A DNA stretch of 64,000 nucleotides, taken from positions 26,310 to 90,309 of the forward strand of contig DASZXD010000042.1 in assembly GCA_035546015.1 (NCBI GenBank), read 5' to 3'. The notes below the pieces were generated by a model. That model did not search any database and was not told where the DNA came from. It saw nothing but the letters and a program-made list of their open reading frames with translations. Within the stretch, counting starts at the first letter, position 1; the number at the start of each line of letters is the position of its first letter. A program made the position numbers and the translations under genes. Positions 39,402-49,100 of the stretch are shown piece by piece. The stretch comes from Terracidiphilus sp. (GTDB taxonomy: Bacteria; Acidobacteriota; Terriglobia; Terriglobales; Acidobacteriaceae).

Positions 39402-40688
39402 GTGGCAACGCTCTTGAGAGAGGCCCAACAAACCAGTCTGCCTAACCCGGTTGAAGTGCAGTGGCACTTTGTCGCTCTCGTAACTGCGGCCATTGCCATC
39501 AGCTATTTCGACCGGCAGACGCTGCCTGTGGCCATCTCTTCCATTGAGAAAACGATTCCGCTTAGCGATCAGCAGTTCTCATGGCTGCAGTTTGCTTTCC
39601 TGATTCCCTATGCCGTGCTATACGCCGCAGGCGGCCGACTACTGGATACGATCGGCACACGCCGTGGCTTTTTCCTCATCATGCTGTGGTGGTCGGCAGC
39701 ATGCGCGCTGCATGGACTGGCGATGAACTTCGTGTTCCTGCTGGTGGTGCGGTGTCTGCTTGGCATAGGGGAGGGCGGGGGATTTCCCGCGGCCACTCGC
39801 GTAGTGGCTGAGTGGGTTCCGCTGCACAAACGCTCGACGGCAATGGGGATCATCAATGCAGGAACTGCTGTGGGCTCCGTGCTGGCGCCTCCGCTGATCG
39901 GCATTGTGCTTTTGACGAGCGGTTGGAGGGCGGTGTTCTTTGCCTCAGGGGCAGTAGGGTTGGCATGGGTGGTGTGGTGGTATTGGAGCTATCAGGGAAG
40001 CAACGGCCCTTCAATCGCCACACTCGATGCACGCACTGCTGCACACCAACTCTCTCTGCTCGACCTTTTAAGCATGAGAAAAGTACAGGTACTGGTTTTT
40101 GCCAAGTTCATGAGCGACTCGGCATGGTACTTCTACCTGCTTTGGCTTCCCAAGTATCTCTATGATGCGCGCGGCTTCGACATCAAACAGGTGAGCCTTT
40201 ATGCATGGATTCCGTACGCGGCATCGGGGATCGGAAGTTTTCTGGGAGGGTGGCTGTCGAGCGCATTGCTCGCACGGCAGCATTCGCTCGATTTCGCCCG
40301 CAAGTTTGTTCTTGGACTCAGTGCTGTGTGCATGCCGGTTGTGATGCTGGTACCGCATGTGCCGGTGGGGTGGGCGCTTGGATTATTCAGCATCGCATTT
40401 TTCTGCCAGCAGTCGTGGTCAGGGCTAATCATGACTCTACCCGCAGATATCTTTCCTCTTACCGCAGTCGGAACTGTAGCTGGCATGATTGGATTTGGAG
40501 GGGCGATCGGAGGAGCCATCTTTGGCGTGATCGCAGGACTTTTACTGAGCCATGGATTTGGATACGAAACACTTTTTCTTGTTGTAGGAACCTTTCACTT
40601 CATTGGCTTTTTGACAATTCTGCTCTTTGGTGGCCAAATTCAGCCGCTTAAGAGCACAGACCTGTTATTCAAAGCGAGCCCATCATGA
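39402..40688 (+). CDS. MFS transporter, anion:cation symporter type (hexuronate/aldonate ExuT-like)
   Basis: ISYFDRQTLPVAISSIEKTIPLSDQQFSWLQFAFLIPYAVLYAAGGRLLDTIGTRRGF and LLGIGEGGGFPA are typical of ACS-family acid-sugar transporters. The start codon is GTG. Confidence 0.85.
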   Translation: MATLLREAQQTSLPNPVEVQWHFVALVTAAIAISYFDRQTLPVAISSIEKTIPLSDQQFSWLQFAFLIPYAVLYAAGGRLLDTIGTRRGFFLIMLWWSAACALHGLAMNFVFLLVVRCLLGIGEGGGFPAATRVVAEWVPLHKRSTAMGIINAGTAVGSVLAPPLIGIVLLTSGWRAVFFASGAVGLAWVVWWYWSYQGSNGPSIATLDARTAAHQLSLLDLLSMRKVQVLVFAKFMSDSAWYFYLLWLPKYLYDARGFDIKQVSLYAWIPYAASGIGSFLGGWLSSALLARQHSLDFARKFVLGLSAVCMPVVMLVPHVPVGWALGLFSIAFFCQQSWSGLIMTLPADIFPLTAVGTVAGMIGFGGAIGGAIFGVIAGLLLSHGFGYETLFLVVGTFHFIGFLTILLFGGQIQPLKSTDLLFKASPS

Positions 40689-41857
40689 AGATCACAGAAG
40701 TACGTACGCGTGTTGTTCAATGGGAAGGCGAGACGGTCCCTCTGCCTCCTCACTTTTGCACTAATCCGATGGACCTGGTTATGTTCCGCGAGGCCTCCAT
40801 GGGCAATTTTGCGTTCCATGGATGGGTATTAGTGGAGGTCTTCACTGATGCCGGCCTGGTGGGTCTTGGTAACGCAGCGCTGGCGCCTCTGGTGACCAAG
40901 TCGTGCATCGACCACTATCTCAAGCCGCTTCTGATCGGTGCCGATCCTTGGGACATCGAATTTCTCTGGCAACAGATGTACCGGCGCACCATGGCCTTTG
41001 GGCGCAAAGGCATTGGCATGACAGCGATCAGCGCTGTAGACATTGCTTTGTGGGATCTGCTGGGAAAGTCGGCGAAGCAGCCTGTGTATCGACTGCTAGG
41101 TGGACGCACGAAGAAGCGCATTCCAGTTTACGCGAGCCGCCTTTACAGCCTTCCGCTGGATGAATTGCGGCAGGAGGCTCAGCGATATCTCGATCAGGGG
41201 TACAAAGCAATGAAGCTGCGCTTCGGCTGGGGCCCGGTAGACGGCGCAGAGGGTATGCAGCGCAATGTCGAGTTGGTGCGCACAGTGCGCGAGCTTGTGG
41301 GAGATGGCATTGACCTGATGGCTGATGCATACATGGGCTGGACGCTGGACTACGCGAAGCGCATGCTGCCACTGCTTGAGCCATTTCATCTTCGCTGGCT
41401 CGAGGAGCCGGTGATTCCAGATGACACGCGCGGCTATCGCGAGCTGAAATCGGCTAGTCATGTACCCATCTCAGGCGGAGAGCACGAGTTTACGATTTTT
41501 GGATTCCGCGATCTGCTTGAGGCCAACGCACTGGATTATATCCAGTTCGATACGAACCGCGTGGGCGGCATCAGCCAGGCACGCAAGATCTCAGCGATGG
41601 CTGAGGCGTATCAGGTTCCGGTGATTCCACATGCAGGACAGATGCATAACTTCCATGTGGTGATGGCCAGCCTGAACTCTCCGATGGCTGAGTTCTTCCC
41701 GAAGGTCGACGTGGAGGTTGGTAACGAGCTGTTCTGGTATATCTTTGACGGCGAACCGGAGCCTGTGGACGGCTACATCGATCTCGACGAGAACACGCTG
41801 GGCCTTGGCCTCACCGTCAACGAAGAGTCGCTGAAGCGATTCAAGATCATCGAGTAA
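40685..41857 (+). CDS. Enolase-superfamily (mandelate racemase/muconate lactonizing enzyme) acid-sugar dehydratase, L-rhamnonate-dehydratase-like
   Basis: VLVEVFTDAGLVGLGNA, ISAVDIALWDLLGKSAKQPVYRLLGG, DLMADAYMGW, LRWLEEP and SGGEHE give the MR-family metal-ligand pattern. The ATGA overlaps the MFS stop. Confidence 0.85.
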   Translation: MKITEVRTRVVQWEGETVPLPPHFCTNPMDLVMFREASMGNFAFHGWVLVEVFTDAGLVGLGNAALAPLVTKSCIDHYLKPLLIGADPWDIEFLWQQMYRRTMAFGRKGIGMTAISAVDIALWDLLGKSAKQPVYRLLGGRTKKRIPVYASRLYSLPLDELRQEAQRYLDQGYKAMKLRFGWGPVDGAEGMQRNVELVRTVRELVGDGIDLMADAYMGWTLDYAKRMLPLLEPFHLRWLEEPVIPDDTRGYRELKSASHVPISGGEHEFTIFGFRDLLEANALDYIQFDTNRVGGISQARKISAMAEAYQVPVIPHAGQMHNFHVVMASLNSPMAEFFPKVDVEVGNELFWYIFDGEPEPVDGYIDLDENTLGLGLTVNEESLKRFKIIE

Positions 41858-41871
41858 AGGGAAGAACTGGA

Positions 41872-42897
41872 ATGACTCGCCTGGTTCAAGTTAGCAACGG
41901 CCATTCGCGGCGTGTTGCGGTGGTGGAAGAGCCGTATCTTCGCTGTCTAAGAGAAGTTCAGAGTGTGTACGAGTTGGCGCTGCGGTGCCTGAGGAATGGC
42001 CGCAAACTCGGCGAAGATATCAGCACACTTGCTCTCGGTAAGATGCTGGATTACAACGATGTCTATAATGGGGCTACCGAGTGGCATTTGCTTGCGCCCA
42101 TCGATGTTCCGGGAGCCCCGTCGCGACTGACGATTTCAGGAACCGGCCTTACACATCTGGGAAGCGCGAAAGATCGCCAAACCATGCATGCTGCCGGTGC
42201 AAAGAAGGCAGAGGAAACAGCGGAGGCAATCACCGACAGCATGAGGATGTTTCGCTCGGGTGTGGAGGGTGGACGTCCTCAAATAGGCGAAATCGGAATC
42301 GCCCCGGAGTGGTTTTACAAAGGGAGCGGTTTGGCGCTGCGAGGTCCTTTTGAGCCTCTTCCGGTACCAGCCTATGCAGAAGATGGCGGCGAAGAAGCCG
42401 AGATTGCCGGCATCTATATAGTTGCCGATGATGGCGTTCCTTATCGAATTGGTATGGCAGCGGGCAACGAGTTCTCCGATCATCTGTTTGAGAGACGCAA
42501 CTATCTGAATTTAGCCGGATCGAAGCTGCGCGCGTGTAGCGTCGGCCCAGAGATAGCGATCGACGCAGAGTTTCATGCCGTCATGGGGGAAGTGCGCATC
42601 CTGCGCGGATCACAAACCGTGTGGTCAAAAGACATTGAGACAGGCGAGGAGAACATGTGCCACAGCCTGGCCAATATCGAACACCATCATTTCAAATTTG
42701 AGGGGCATCGACAGGCAGGTGATGTGCACGTGCATTTTTATGGTGCGCACTCGCTCAGTTTTGGAAGCAACATCGCACTCCAGGATGGGGACTGGATGGA
42801 AGTGCGCTTTGACGGGTTCGGGCGTGCACTGCGCAATCCCCTTCATATCGAGCCGAAAGAAACAAACCACCTGGTGCGGGTACGATCACTCGCCTGA
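41872..42897 (+). CDS. FAH-superfamily protein (GguC-like; 2-keto-3-deoxy-acid dehydratase or diketo-acid hydrolase type)
   Basis: ISGTGLTHLGSAKDRQTMH and the GGEEAEIAGIYIVADDGVPYRIGMAAGNEFSDH block resemble the GguC/FAH fold pattern, including the acidic metal-binding E-x-E. The assignment is by eye. Confidence 0.6.
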   Translation: MTRLVQVSNGHSRRVAVVEEPYLRCLREVQSVYELALRCLRNGRKLGEDISTLALGKMLDYNDVYNGATEWHLLAPIDVPGAPSRLTISGTGLTHLGSAKDRQTMHAAGAKKAEETAEAITDSMRMFRSGVEGGRPQIGEIGIAPEWFYKGSGLALRGPFEPLPVPAYAEDGGEEAEIAGIYIVADDGVPYRIGMAAGNEFSDHLFERRNYLNLAGSKLRACSVGPEIAIDAEFHAVMGEVRILRGSQTVWSKDIETGEENMCHSLANIEHHHFKFEGHRQAGDVHVHFYGAHSLSFGSNIALQDGDWMEVRFDGFGRALRNPLHIEPKETNHLVRVRSLA

Positions 42898-42921
42898 CAG
42901 GTGCAAGAGAGGAATTCTCAA

Positions 42922-43791
42922 ATGAATGGCAACGTCACTCTGCTCGGGCTGGGCACCATGGGTTCCGGCATGGCAATAAATCTGCTCAAAGCCGGATTCA
43001 AGCTAACTGCCTATAACCGAACGGAGGCAAAAGCTCAGCCTCTTGTAGCTGCAGGCGCGCGGTATGCGGCTACGCCGGCTGAAGCAGCACGAAACGCGTC
43101 AATTGTGATTGGAATGCTTGCGGACGATGCGGCATCGCGTGAGGTCTGGACAAGCAAAGATGGTGCACTGAGCAGCATTGGCAAAGACACGATTGTGATT
43201 GAGTCGAGCACGGTAAGCCCGGCATGGATTGCCGAGCTTGCAGCATTGGTGGCATCGCATGGCGCTGAGTTTCTGGACGCTCCTGTGACCGGCAGCAGGA
43301 CGCAGGCCGCTGACGGACAGCTCACATTTCTTGTAGGCGGAAGTACAAACGCGCTTGAAGCAGCTACTCCAGTGCTCAAAGCAATGAGCAAGGATATTGT
43401 GCATTTGGGACCTTCGGGCAGCGGTGCGCGAATGAAGCTCATCAACAACTTCCTCTGCGGGGTGCAGGCGGCGTCTCTCGCGGAAGGTCTCGTGTGGATT
43501 GAGCGCAGCGGCCTCGATCCGCAAAAAGCACTTTCGCTCCTGAATGCCGGCGCTCCAGGAAGCCCTCTGTTAAAGGCACTCGGCGAGCGCATGCTCCATC
43601 GAAATTACTCGGTGAATTTTCTGCTCAAATTGCTTGCAAAAGACATAAACTATGCGCAAGCCGAGGCGGCAACATGTCAATTGAGTTTGCAGACAGCAGA
43701 AGGTGCGCAAAGGCTTTTTGAAAATGCGATCGCTGCTGGGCACGGCGAGCAAGATATGGCGTCGGTAGTCGAACTACTGCGCGATCGATAA
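42922..43791 (+). CDS. NAD(P)-dependent beta-hydroxyacid dehydrogenase (3-hydroxyisobutyrate / tartronate semialdehyde reductase family)
   Basis: The Rossmann motif is VTLLGLGTMGSGMAINLLKAGFKLTAYNRT. GSGARMKLINN is the family signature. The ATG at 42922 has an AGAGAGG ribosome-binding site. The ORF-track GTG is at 42901. Confidence 0.85.
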   Translation: MNGNVTLLGLGTMGSGMAINLLKAGFKLTAYNRTEAKAQPLVAAGARYAATPAEAARNASIVIGMLADDAASREVWTSKDGALSSIGKDTIVIESSTVSPAWIAELAALVASHGAEFLDAPVTGSRTQAADGQLTFLVGGSTNALEAATPVLKAMSKDIVHLGPSGSGARMKLINNFLCGVQAASLAEGLVWIERSGLDPQKALSLLNAGAPGSPLLKALGERMLHRNYSVNFLLKLLAKDINYAQAEAATCQLSLQTAEGAQRLFENAIAAGHGEQDMASVVELLRDR

Positions 43792-43843
43792 ATATCCTCT
43801 TTCCCGGATAAGAAACGATAAGTTCCTTGGAAAGGTGAAAACC

Positions 43844-44398
43844 ATGAGGAAATCTGCGTCTATTGTCGGTGGCCTTCTGCTTTGCTTGTGCGGTGCATAC
43901 GCACAGAACGCAGAACACCCGGTCTATCTCGATCCTTCAAAACCGACCGATCAGAGGATTGCCGACCTGATTTCGCGCATGACTCTCGAATAAAAGGCGC
44001 AACAGTTAAATCAACTTAATACCGGCATTCCACGACTGAATGTTCCCGCATGGGGCGGGTGGAACCAGACACTGCGTGGAGTGTGGTCCAAACAGCCAAC
44101 GACGCTATTTCCCGCACCCATCGCGATGGGTGCTACATGGGATCCAGACCTTGTACTCATGATCACCAGCGCAATGTCAGACGAAGCGCGGGCACTTTAT
44201 AACATCGGCGCGCAGGGGCCGCGCTCCAAGCACGGCCTGGTCTTTCGTTCGCCGGTCATCAATGTGAGCCGCGATCCACGTTGGGGGCGAATTCAAGAGG
44301 TATTCAGTGAAGACCCTTATCTGACAGGCCGCATGGGGGTCGCATATATCCAAGGCGATGATCCGCATTATCTGAAGGTCGCCGCGACGACAGTATAA
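43844..44398 (+). pseudogene. GH3 beta-glucosidase/xylosidase remnant with an in-frame TAA and a missing 3' three-quarters
   Basis: The reading is MRKSASIVGGLLLCLCGAYAQ...QRIADLISRMTLE-TAA(43991)-KAQQLNQLNTGIPRLNVPAWGGWNQ...RSPVINVSRDPRWGRIQEVFSEDPYLTGRMGVAYIQG...KVAAT. The canonical GH3 MTLEEK motif therefore carries TAA in place of GAA. The frame ends at 44398, about 180 aa into a normally 700+ aa enzyme and 12 nt from the GH43 stop. Confidence 0.8.
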
Positions 44399-44410
44399 TC
44401 GACTATGCAT

Positions 44411-46015
44411 TTACCAAGGATTTGTACCGATTGGCTGATAGTGGACCCAGTCGAAGTCGACTGCACCTGCAGCAGTTAACTGGGTTGTGTAAGCGAAGAG
44501 CGCTGGGCGCGAACCCTTCCACCAGCTGAAATGGATTTGCGCTGTTTCTCCGAGCTCGCGGAACGTGTGTCCATCATCAATGCTGTAGGAGTAACTGGCC
44601 TGGTCACCATCAATGTGGACCCGGAGTTCGATAGTGTTTTGCGTGATCTCTGGTCCAGATACGCGGTCCGTTAGGTGAAAGAAGCTTAGGCGACGCATAC
44701 TGTCAGTCTGCGCAACTTCAAGGCCGCTGGCTGATCTCTCAAACATAGCAAGGCCGGTATGCGTACCGTTCTTCATGCGTGAGAGGTCAAGACGAGTGGT
44801 GAAATCGAACGCGTTGTCCTGCATGCACTGGGTAAGCGTATTCCGAGCGGAAAGCAAGTCGTCCGCATGAGTTGGCGTGAGGCGCAGGTAGCCGGGCCGC
44901 GCACTCAGCGACCATTTAGCATCGTCGGGATTGTGATTCCACTCCCATTGCGGTCCGAGTTGGGTGTTGTTGAACTCATCGGATGTTTGTGGACGCTGCT
45001 CAGACACCAAACGCGGATTACCGGGGACAGGCCCCGACGGAACCGGTTCGCCGATGATCTCCTCAGGTGGATCCGCACCGATGATTGGCCAGCCGTTCTG
45101 CCAGCGAACGGGTTCGAGATGCACAATTCGGCCATGAGCACCGTCTGACTGGAAGTGGACAAACCAACCTTCTGCATCGGGGGTTTCTACATATGCGCCC
45201 TGATGTGGGCCGTTGATTTTGGTTGAGCCCTGCGCAAGCACCACACGATGGTCGTAAGGCCCATAGATGTTACGCGAGCGCAGCACGACCTGTGAGCCCA
45301 CGCCAACACCGCCAAACGGTGCAAAGATGTAGTAGTAGCCGTTACGCTTGTAAAGCTTCGGGCCTTCGAGCACTGGGAGATTCTTAGGGTCCTGCACAAT
45401 TACTTCGCCATCGTCGAGTACACGTTTCCCGTCTGCGGACATCCGATGCAGAATGAGCGGCCCTGCACCGGTATGTGAGTGAATCAGGTAGGCCTGTCCG
45501 TCATCGTCCCAGAAGGGGCATGGGTCCTCAAGACCCGCGCCGGCTATGACTGCCGATGGAGTGCTCCATGGGCCGGTGATCTGTGATGCGGTGCTGACGA
45601 ATATGCCTTCATCCGGAGTGGGGAAGTAAACGTAGAAGAGACCGTGATGTTTGCGGATCGATGGGGCCCACACGCCTTCACCATAACGGTTGCCGCCAAT
45701 CATGCTGTAGCGTGGGTCTATGTCGAGGCGCTGCACAACGTGGCCAAGGATCGTCCAATGTACGAGGTCAGTGGATTGCAGGATCGGTATGCCCGGAACG
45801 AAATGGAAGGTGGAGGCGATGAGATAGTAGTTGGCGCCATCGCGGATCACATCGGGATCAGAATAATCGGCAAAAAGAATCGGATTGCGATATGTAGCCT
45901 TTACAGACGAGGAACTGGACTCTGCATTTGACTGGAAGAGTACGGCTGAAATGCAGGTAGCCGCGATAAGTCTCAGGCTAGGCCTGCGTAATCCATTTTG
46001 AATCGCCTTGTTCAT
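44411..46015 (-). CDS. Secreted GH43 beta-xylosidase/alpha-L-arabinofuranosidase with a C-terminal concanavalin-like domain
   Basis: YRNPILFADYSDPDVIRDGANYYLIASTFHFVPGIPILQSTDLVHWT, WAPSIRKH and EGPKLYKRNGYYY are GH43 five-bladed propeller signatures. Confidence 0.9.
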   Translation of the reverse strand: MNKAIQNGLRRPSLRLIAATCISAVLFQSNAESSSSSVKATYRNPILFADYSDPDVIRDGANYYLIASTFHFVPGIPILQSTDLVHWTILGHVVQRLDIDPRYSMIGGNRYGEGVWAPSIRKHHGLFYVYFPTPDEGIFVSTASQITGPWSTPSAVIAGAGLEDPCPFWDDDGQAYLIHSHTGAGPLILHRMSADGKRVLDDGEVIVQDPKNLPVLEGPKLYKRNGYYYIFAPFGGVGVGSQVVLRSRNIYGPYDHRVVLAQGSTKINGPHQGAYVETPDAEGWFVHFQSDGAHGRIVHLEPVRWQNGWPIIGADPPEEIIGEPVPSGPVPGNPRLVSEQRPQTSDEFNNTQLGPQWEWNHNPDDAKWSLSARPGYLRLTPTHADDLLSARNTLTQCMQDNAFDFTTRLDLSRMKNGTHTGLAMFERSASGLEVAQTDSMRRLSFFHLTDRVSGPEITQNTIELRVHIDGDQASYSYSIDDGHTFRELGETAQIHFSWWKGSRPALFAYTTQLTAAGAVDFDWVHYQPIGTNPW

Positions 46016-46144
46016 TTAATCATCTCTGTGAAGCAATCATTCCAAGGCACAGTTACCGTTCCAGCCGCATAATCGGCGAGGAATCAAGCAATGAATTGCG
46101 CGTACAGCCCAGGACTGAAGCACGTAGTGCGAGTTTGCCGTGGC

Positions 46145-46180
46145 AAAAGGCAGCGCAGCTAAGAGACTGCGCTGCCCCGG
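46145..46180 (-). terminator. Rho-independent terminator downstream of the TonB-dependent receptor
   Basis: On the minus strand, GGCAGCGCAG-tctcttag-CTGCGCTGCC forms a perfect 10-bp stem (46149-46158 / 46167-46176). It is followed by TTTTG and begins 9 nt after the TAA stop. Confidence 0.65.
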
Positions 46181-46185
46181 GTGCC

Positions 46186-49100
46186 TTAGAAGATCAGTTT
46201 CAAGGATAGCTGCGCGATTCTCGGATCGTTCTGTGGCGCAGTTCCAGCCCAGTTTTGCGGACTCGTGCTCTTGATCTGGCCGAATATGGACGAGCCCACC
46301 GTAGTTCCGGGATCGCCAAGATTGGTGTGATTGAGCAGGTTAAAGTAGTCCGCTGCAAAACGAAGTGTGGCACGCTCAGTGATGGGAAACTTACGGGCCA
46401 GGCTGCCATCCCAGTCAACGTAGTGGGGACCCACAAACGACCCCTTCACCACTGTACCGAAGGTACCCACAGTGTTGTTCGTAAAGCTAGCTGGATTCAG
46501 ATAGGAGCGGCAGTTGGTCGCTCCGTTGCAGGCATTGCCGCCACGCGCTGTGCCGACCTGGACTGCACGATCGCGATTCTGCCCTGTGCCGGAGTTATTG
46601 CTCTGCCCTGAAAAAACAGTCAACGGATCGCCACTGCGGTATTGGAAGAGGCCGCTGGTATCCCAGTTGTTGACAATATAGCGTATGACTCCCGGAGCGT
46701 CATTGAGGAACTTCGGAATGGAGTACACGTAAGACAGTGCAACGATGTTGCGGTGATCAAAGTCAGCCGGGCCGTAGTCAAGACGCTTGAAGTTCGGCGA
46801 AGTAATTGGATAAACGAAGGAGTTGTTTGCTCCGATAGACGTCGCGGCCTGATTCCATGGCATATTGTTGAGGGCTTTCGACCATGTGTAGTTGAAGAGC
46901 ATTGTCACACCGTAGCGCATGCGATGCTCGGCAGAAATCTGCATCGAATTGAAATTGGTGTTGCCGCCGGTGTTGGCCGCCGTGATTGGGTTCGCAAAGC
47001 AACTGTTATTGGCCGAGCAACCCGGCTGATTGTAAATGCGGGTTCCGTTGGCGAAGGGATTCAGCTCCAGATTTTGCCACTGATGACTACTGTGGCTTGC
47101 AACGTAGGCTACGCGGAGCAAGAGGCTCGGCGACAACTGCTGCTCGACAGCCATGTTCCAGTCATAGGTGATTGGGTCTTGAAATCCTTTGAACGGATCG
47201 TACGTGAGCCAGTTCTGCACAGGAATAGGCGTAGTGGACAGCGGCGGTTGAGGCGCCGGAAAAGGATTGGCGATGCCATAACTGCCGTACGGATCGGCAA
47301 ATGTGATCTTCGTTCCGGCTGCTGTATTGTTAAAACTCACAGCTGTCACGAATGGCGATCCATTGGAGTAGATATTAAACAGCGTGCTGTTAATGCGGCT
47401 GTCAAAGAACATGCCGGCACCGCCGCGCAGACTTGTCTTGCCTGTACCGAAGACATCCCACGCAAAGCCGAGCCTAGGCATGAAATGGTTATAGGCAGAC
47501 TTAACGCCGTTCGAGTTGAAGCCCTGATCGCCTGCGAAGAGCAAACCGGCAGGCGCCAGCGGATACTTGGTTGAGTGCGTACCTGCAGCCCACAGCGACG
47601 GGAAGAATCCGCCCATGCGCCCCTGCAACTCGTGCCAAGGCATGAACGGCTCGTAGCGCACGCCATAGTTAAGTGTAAGACGACGGTTCATCTTCCAACT
47701 GTCTTGCACGTAGGCTCCCTGGAACTTGCCGCGCGGATTGAAGAACTGGCCGGAGGCTTGAGCAAAGGTTTGCACATACCCAAACAGGAAGCTTGCTGCT
47801 GCGTCGCCTGTGTTGTTGGCGTTGAATGTGAACTGCCCCGGCTGCTGAAACAGGTTGTTGACATCCACCTTTGATACCTCGCCGTGATAGCCGAAGTCGA
47901 TACTGTGCCTTCCGAGCAGGAGGTGCATGTCGTCGGTCAGCGTATAGTTTGCACGACGGAAGAAAGCCTGAGGATTGTCGCCGATGGTGAAGTAGTTGGT
48001 AACCGCAATCTGGTTGATCTGCTTGAAGGCAGGCTGCCAGATGTTTACGCCAAGATCCGCAACGTCAATGCTGTTGGAAATGGGCCCGCGGCCATCGTTG
48101 TCGAGTTGATAGCTGATGATGAAGTTGTTGACGATGTGATCGCTGAAGGTATGCGTCTCAGAGATGAGCGAGTTGTAGTAGTGATTCGAAGCACCATCCG
48201 CGTAGGTAAGCAAGTTCCGGGGGTCAAGCACGCCCTGCAGAATATACGCGTCAGAGAAGTAGCGCACGGTGAGCTTGTCTTTGGGCGTGAGCTCTTGATC
48301 CACGCGAGCGGTGATCTCTGCCTGACCGTAGAAGTTCGGCTTCTGAATCGTGACTCCGCCACCCGTAGTGAGAGATGGTAGATACTTGAGTAGATTGACA
48401 GACACCTGGCTTAGAGCAGATGGACTCACGGTAGTTGTGTATGTGCTTCCATTCTGTACACAAGAGAGGATAGCCGAGGGCATCAACGGATCTGAGATGC
48501 AACTCTTTTCGCCCGAGAATACAAGATTAGTTGAGCCTGGCGTTCCGCCAGCCAGAGTCTCACCTGCCTGCGCGAGAGTAGGCAGAATAGTGGATGAGAA
48601 GTTCGCTGCACCGTGGTCGATCGTCTTTTGATAACCAAAAAAGAAGAACGACTTGTTGCTCTGGAATAGATGCGGTATTTCAAGCGGGCCACCGATGGTG
48701 CCACCAAATTGGTTGCGCTTGAGCGGATCGACAACCTTGTGGCCGAGGCTACTGCTATAAGTGAAGTAATTTGCAGCATTTAAATTACCGTTACGCACAT
48801 ATTCGAACAGGTCGCCATGATATTTGTTGGTGCCGCTCTTGGTGATGATGTTAACGACACCGCCAGCATTCTGGCCGTACTCTGCGTTGTAGTTATTGGT
48901 TTCTATGCTGAACTCCTGCAAGGCATCAGGCATCGGGAACGGCATGTTGACATTGGTGTACTCATCGACGTTGTTGCCACCGTCAAGCATGTAGTTGGTC
49001 TGTCCCACGAAGGTTCCGTTGGCTGAGATGGTGATGGCCATGGGAAAGGTCTTGGTGTTGCCCTGATCGGCTTGCGCCGGCGGCGCAAGCGTGATGCCGG

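Noticed and set aside
46642-47574. 310-aa plus-strand ORF (and neighbours) inside the second TonB-dependent receptor
   Set aside because: These are antisense shadows of the TonB-dependent receptor. The same applies to 57029..57733 inside the third receptor.
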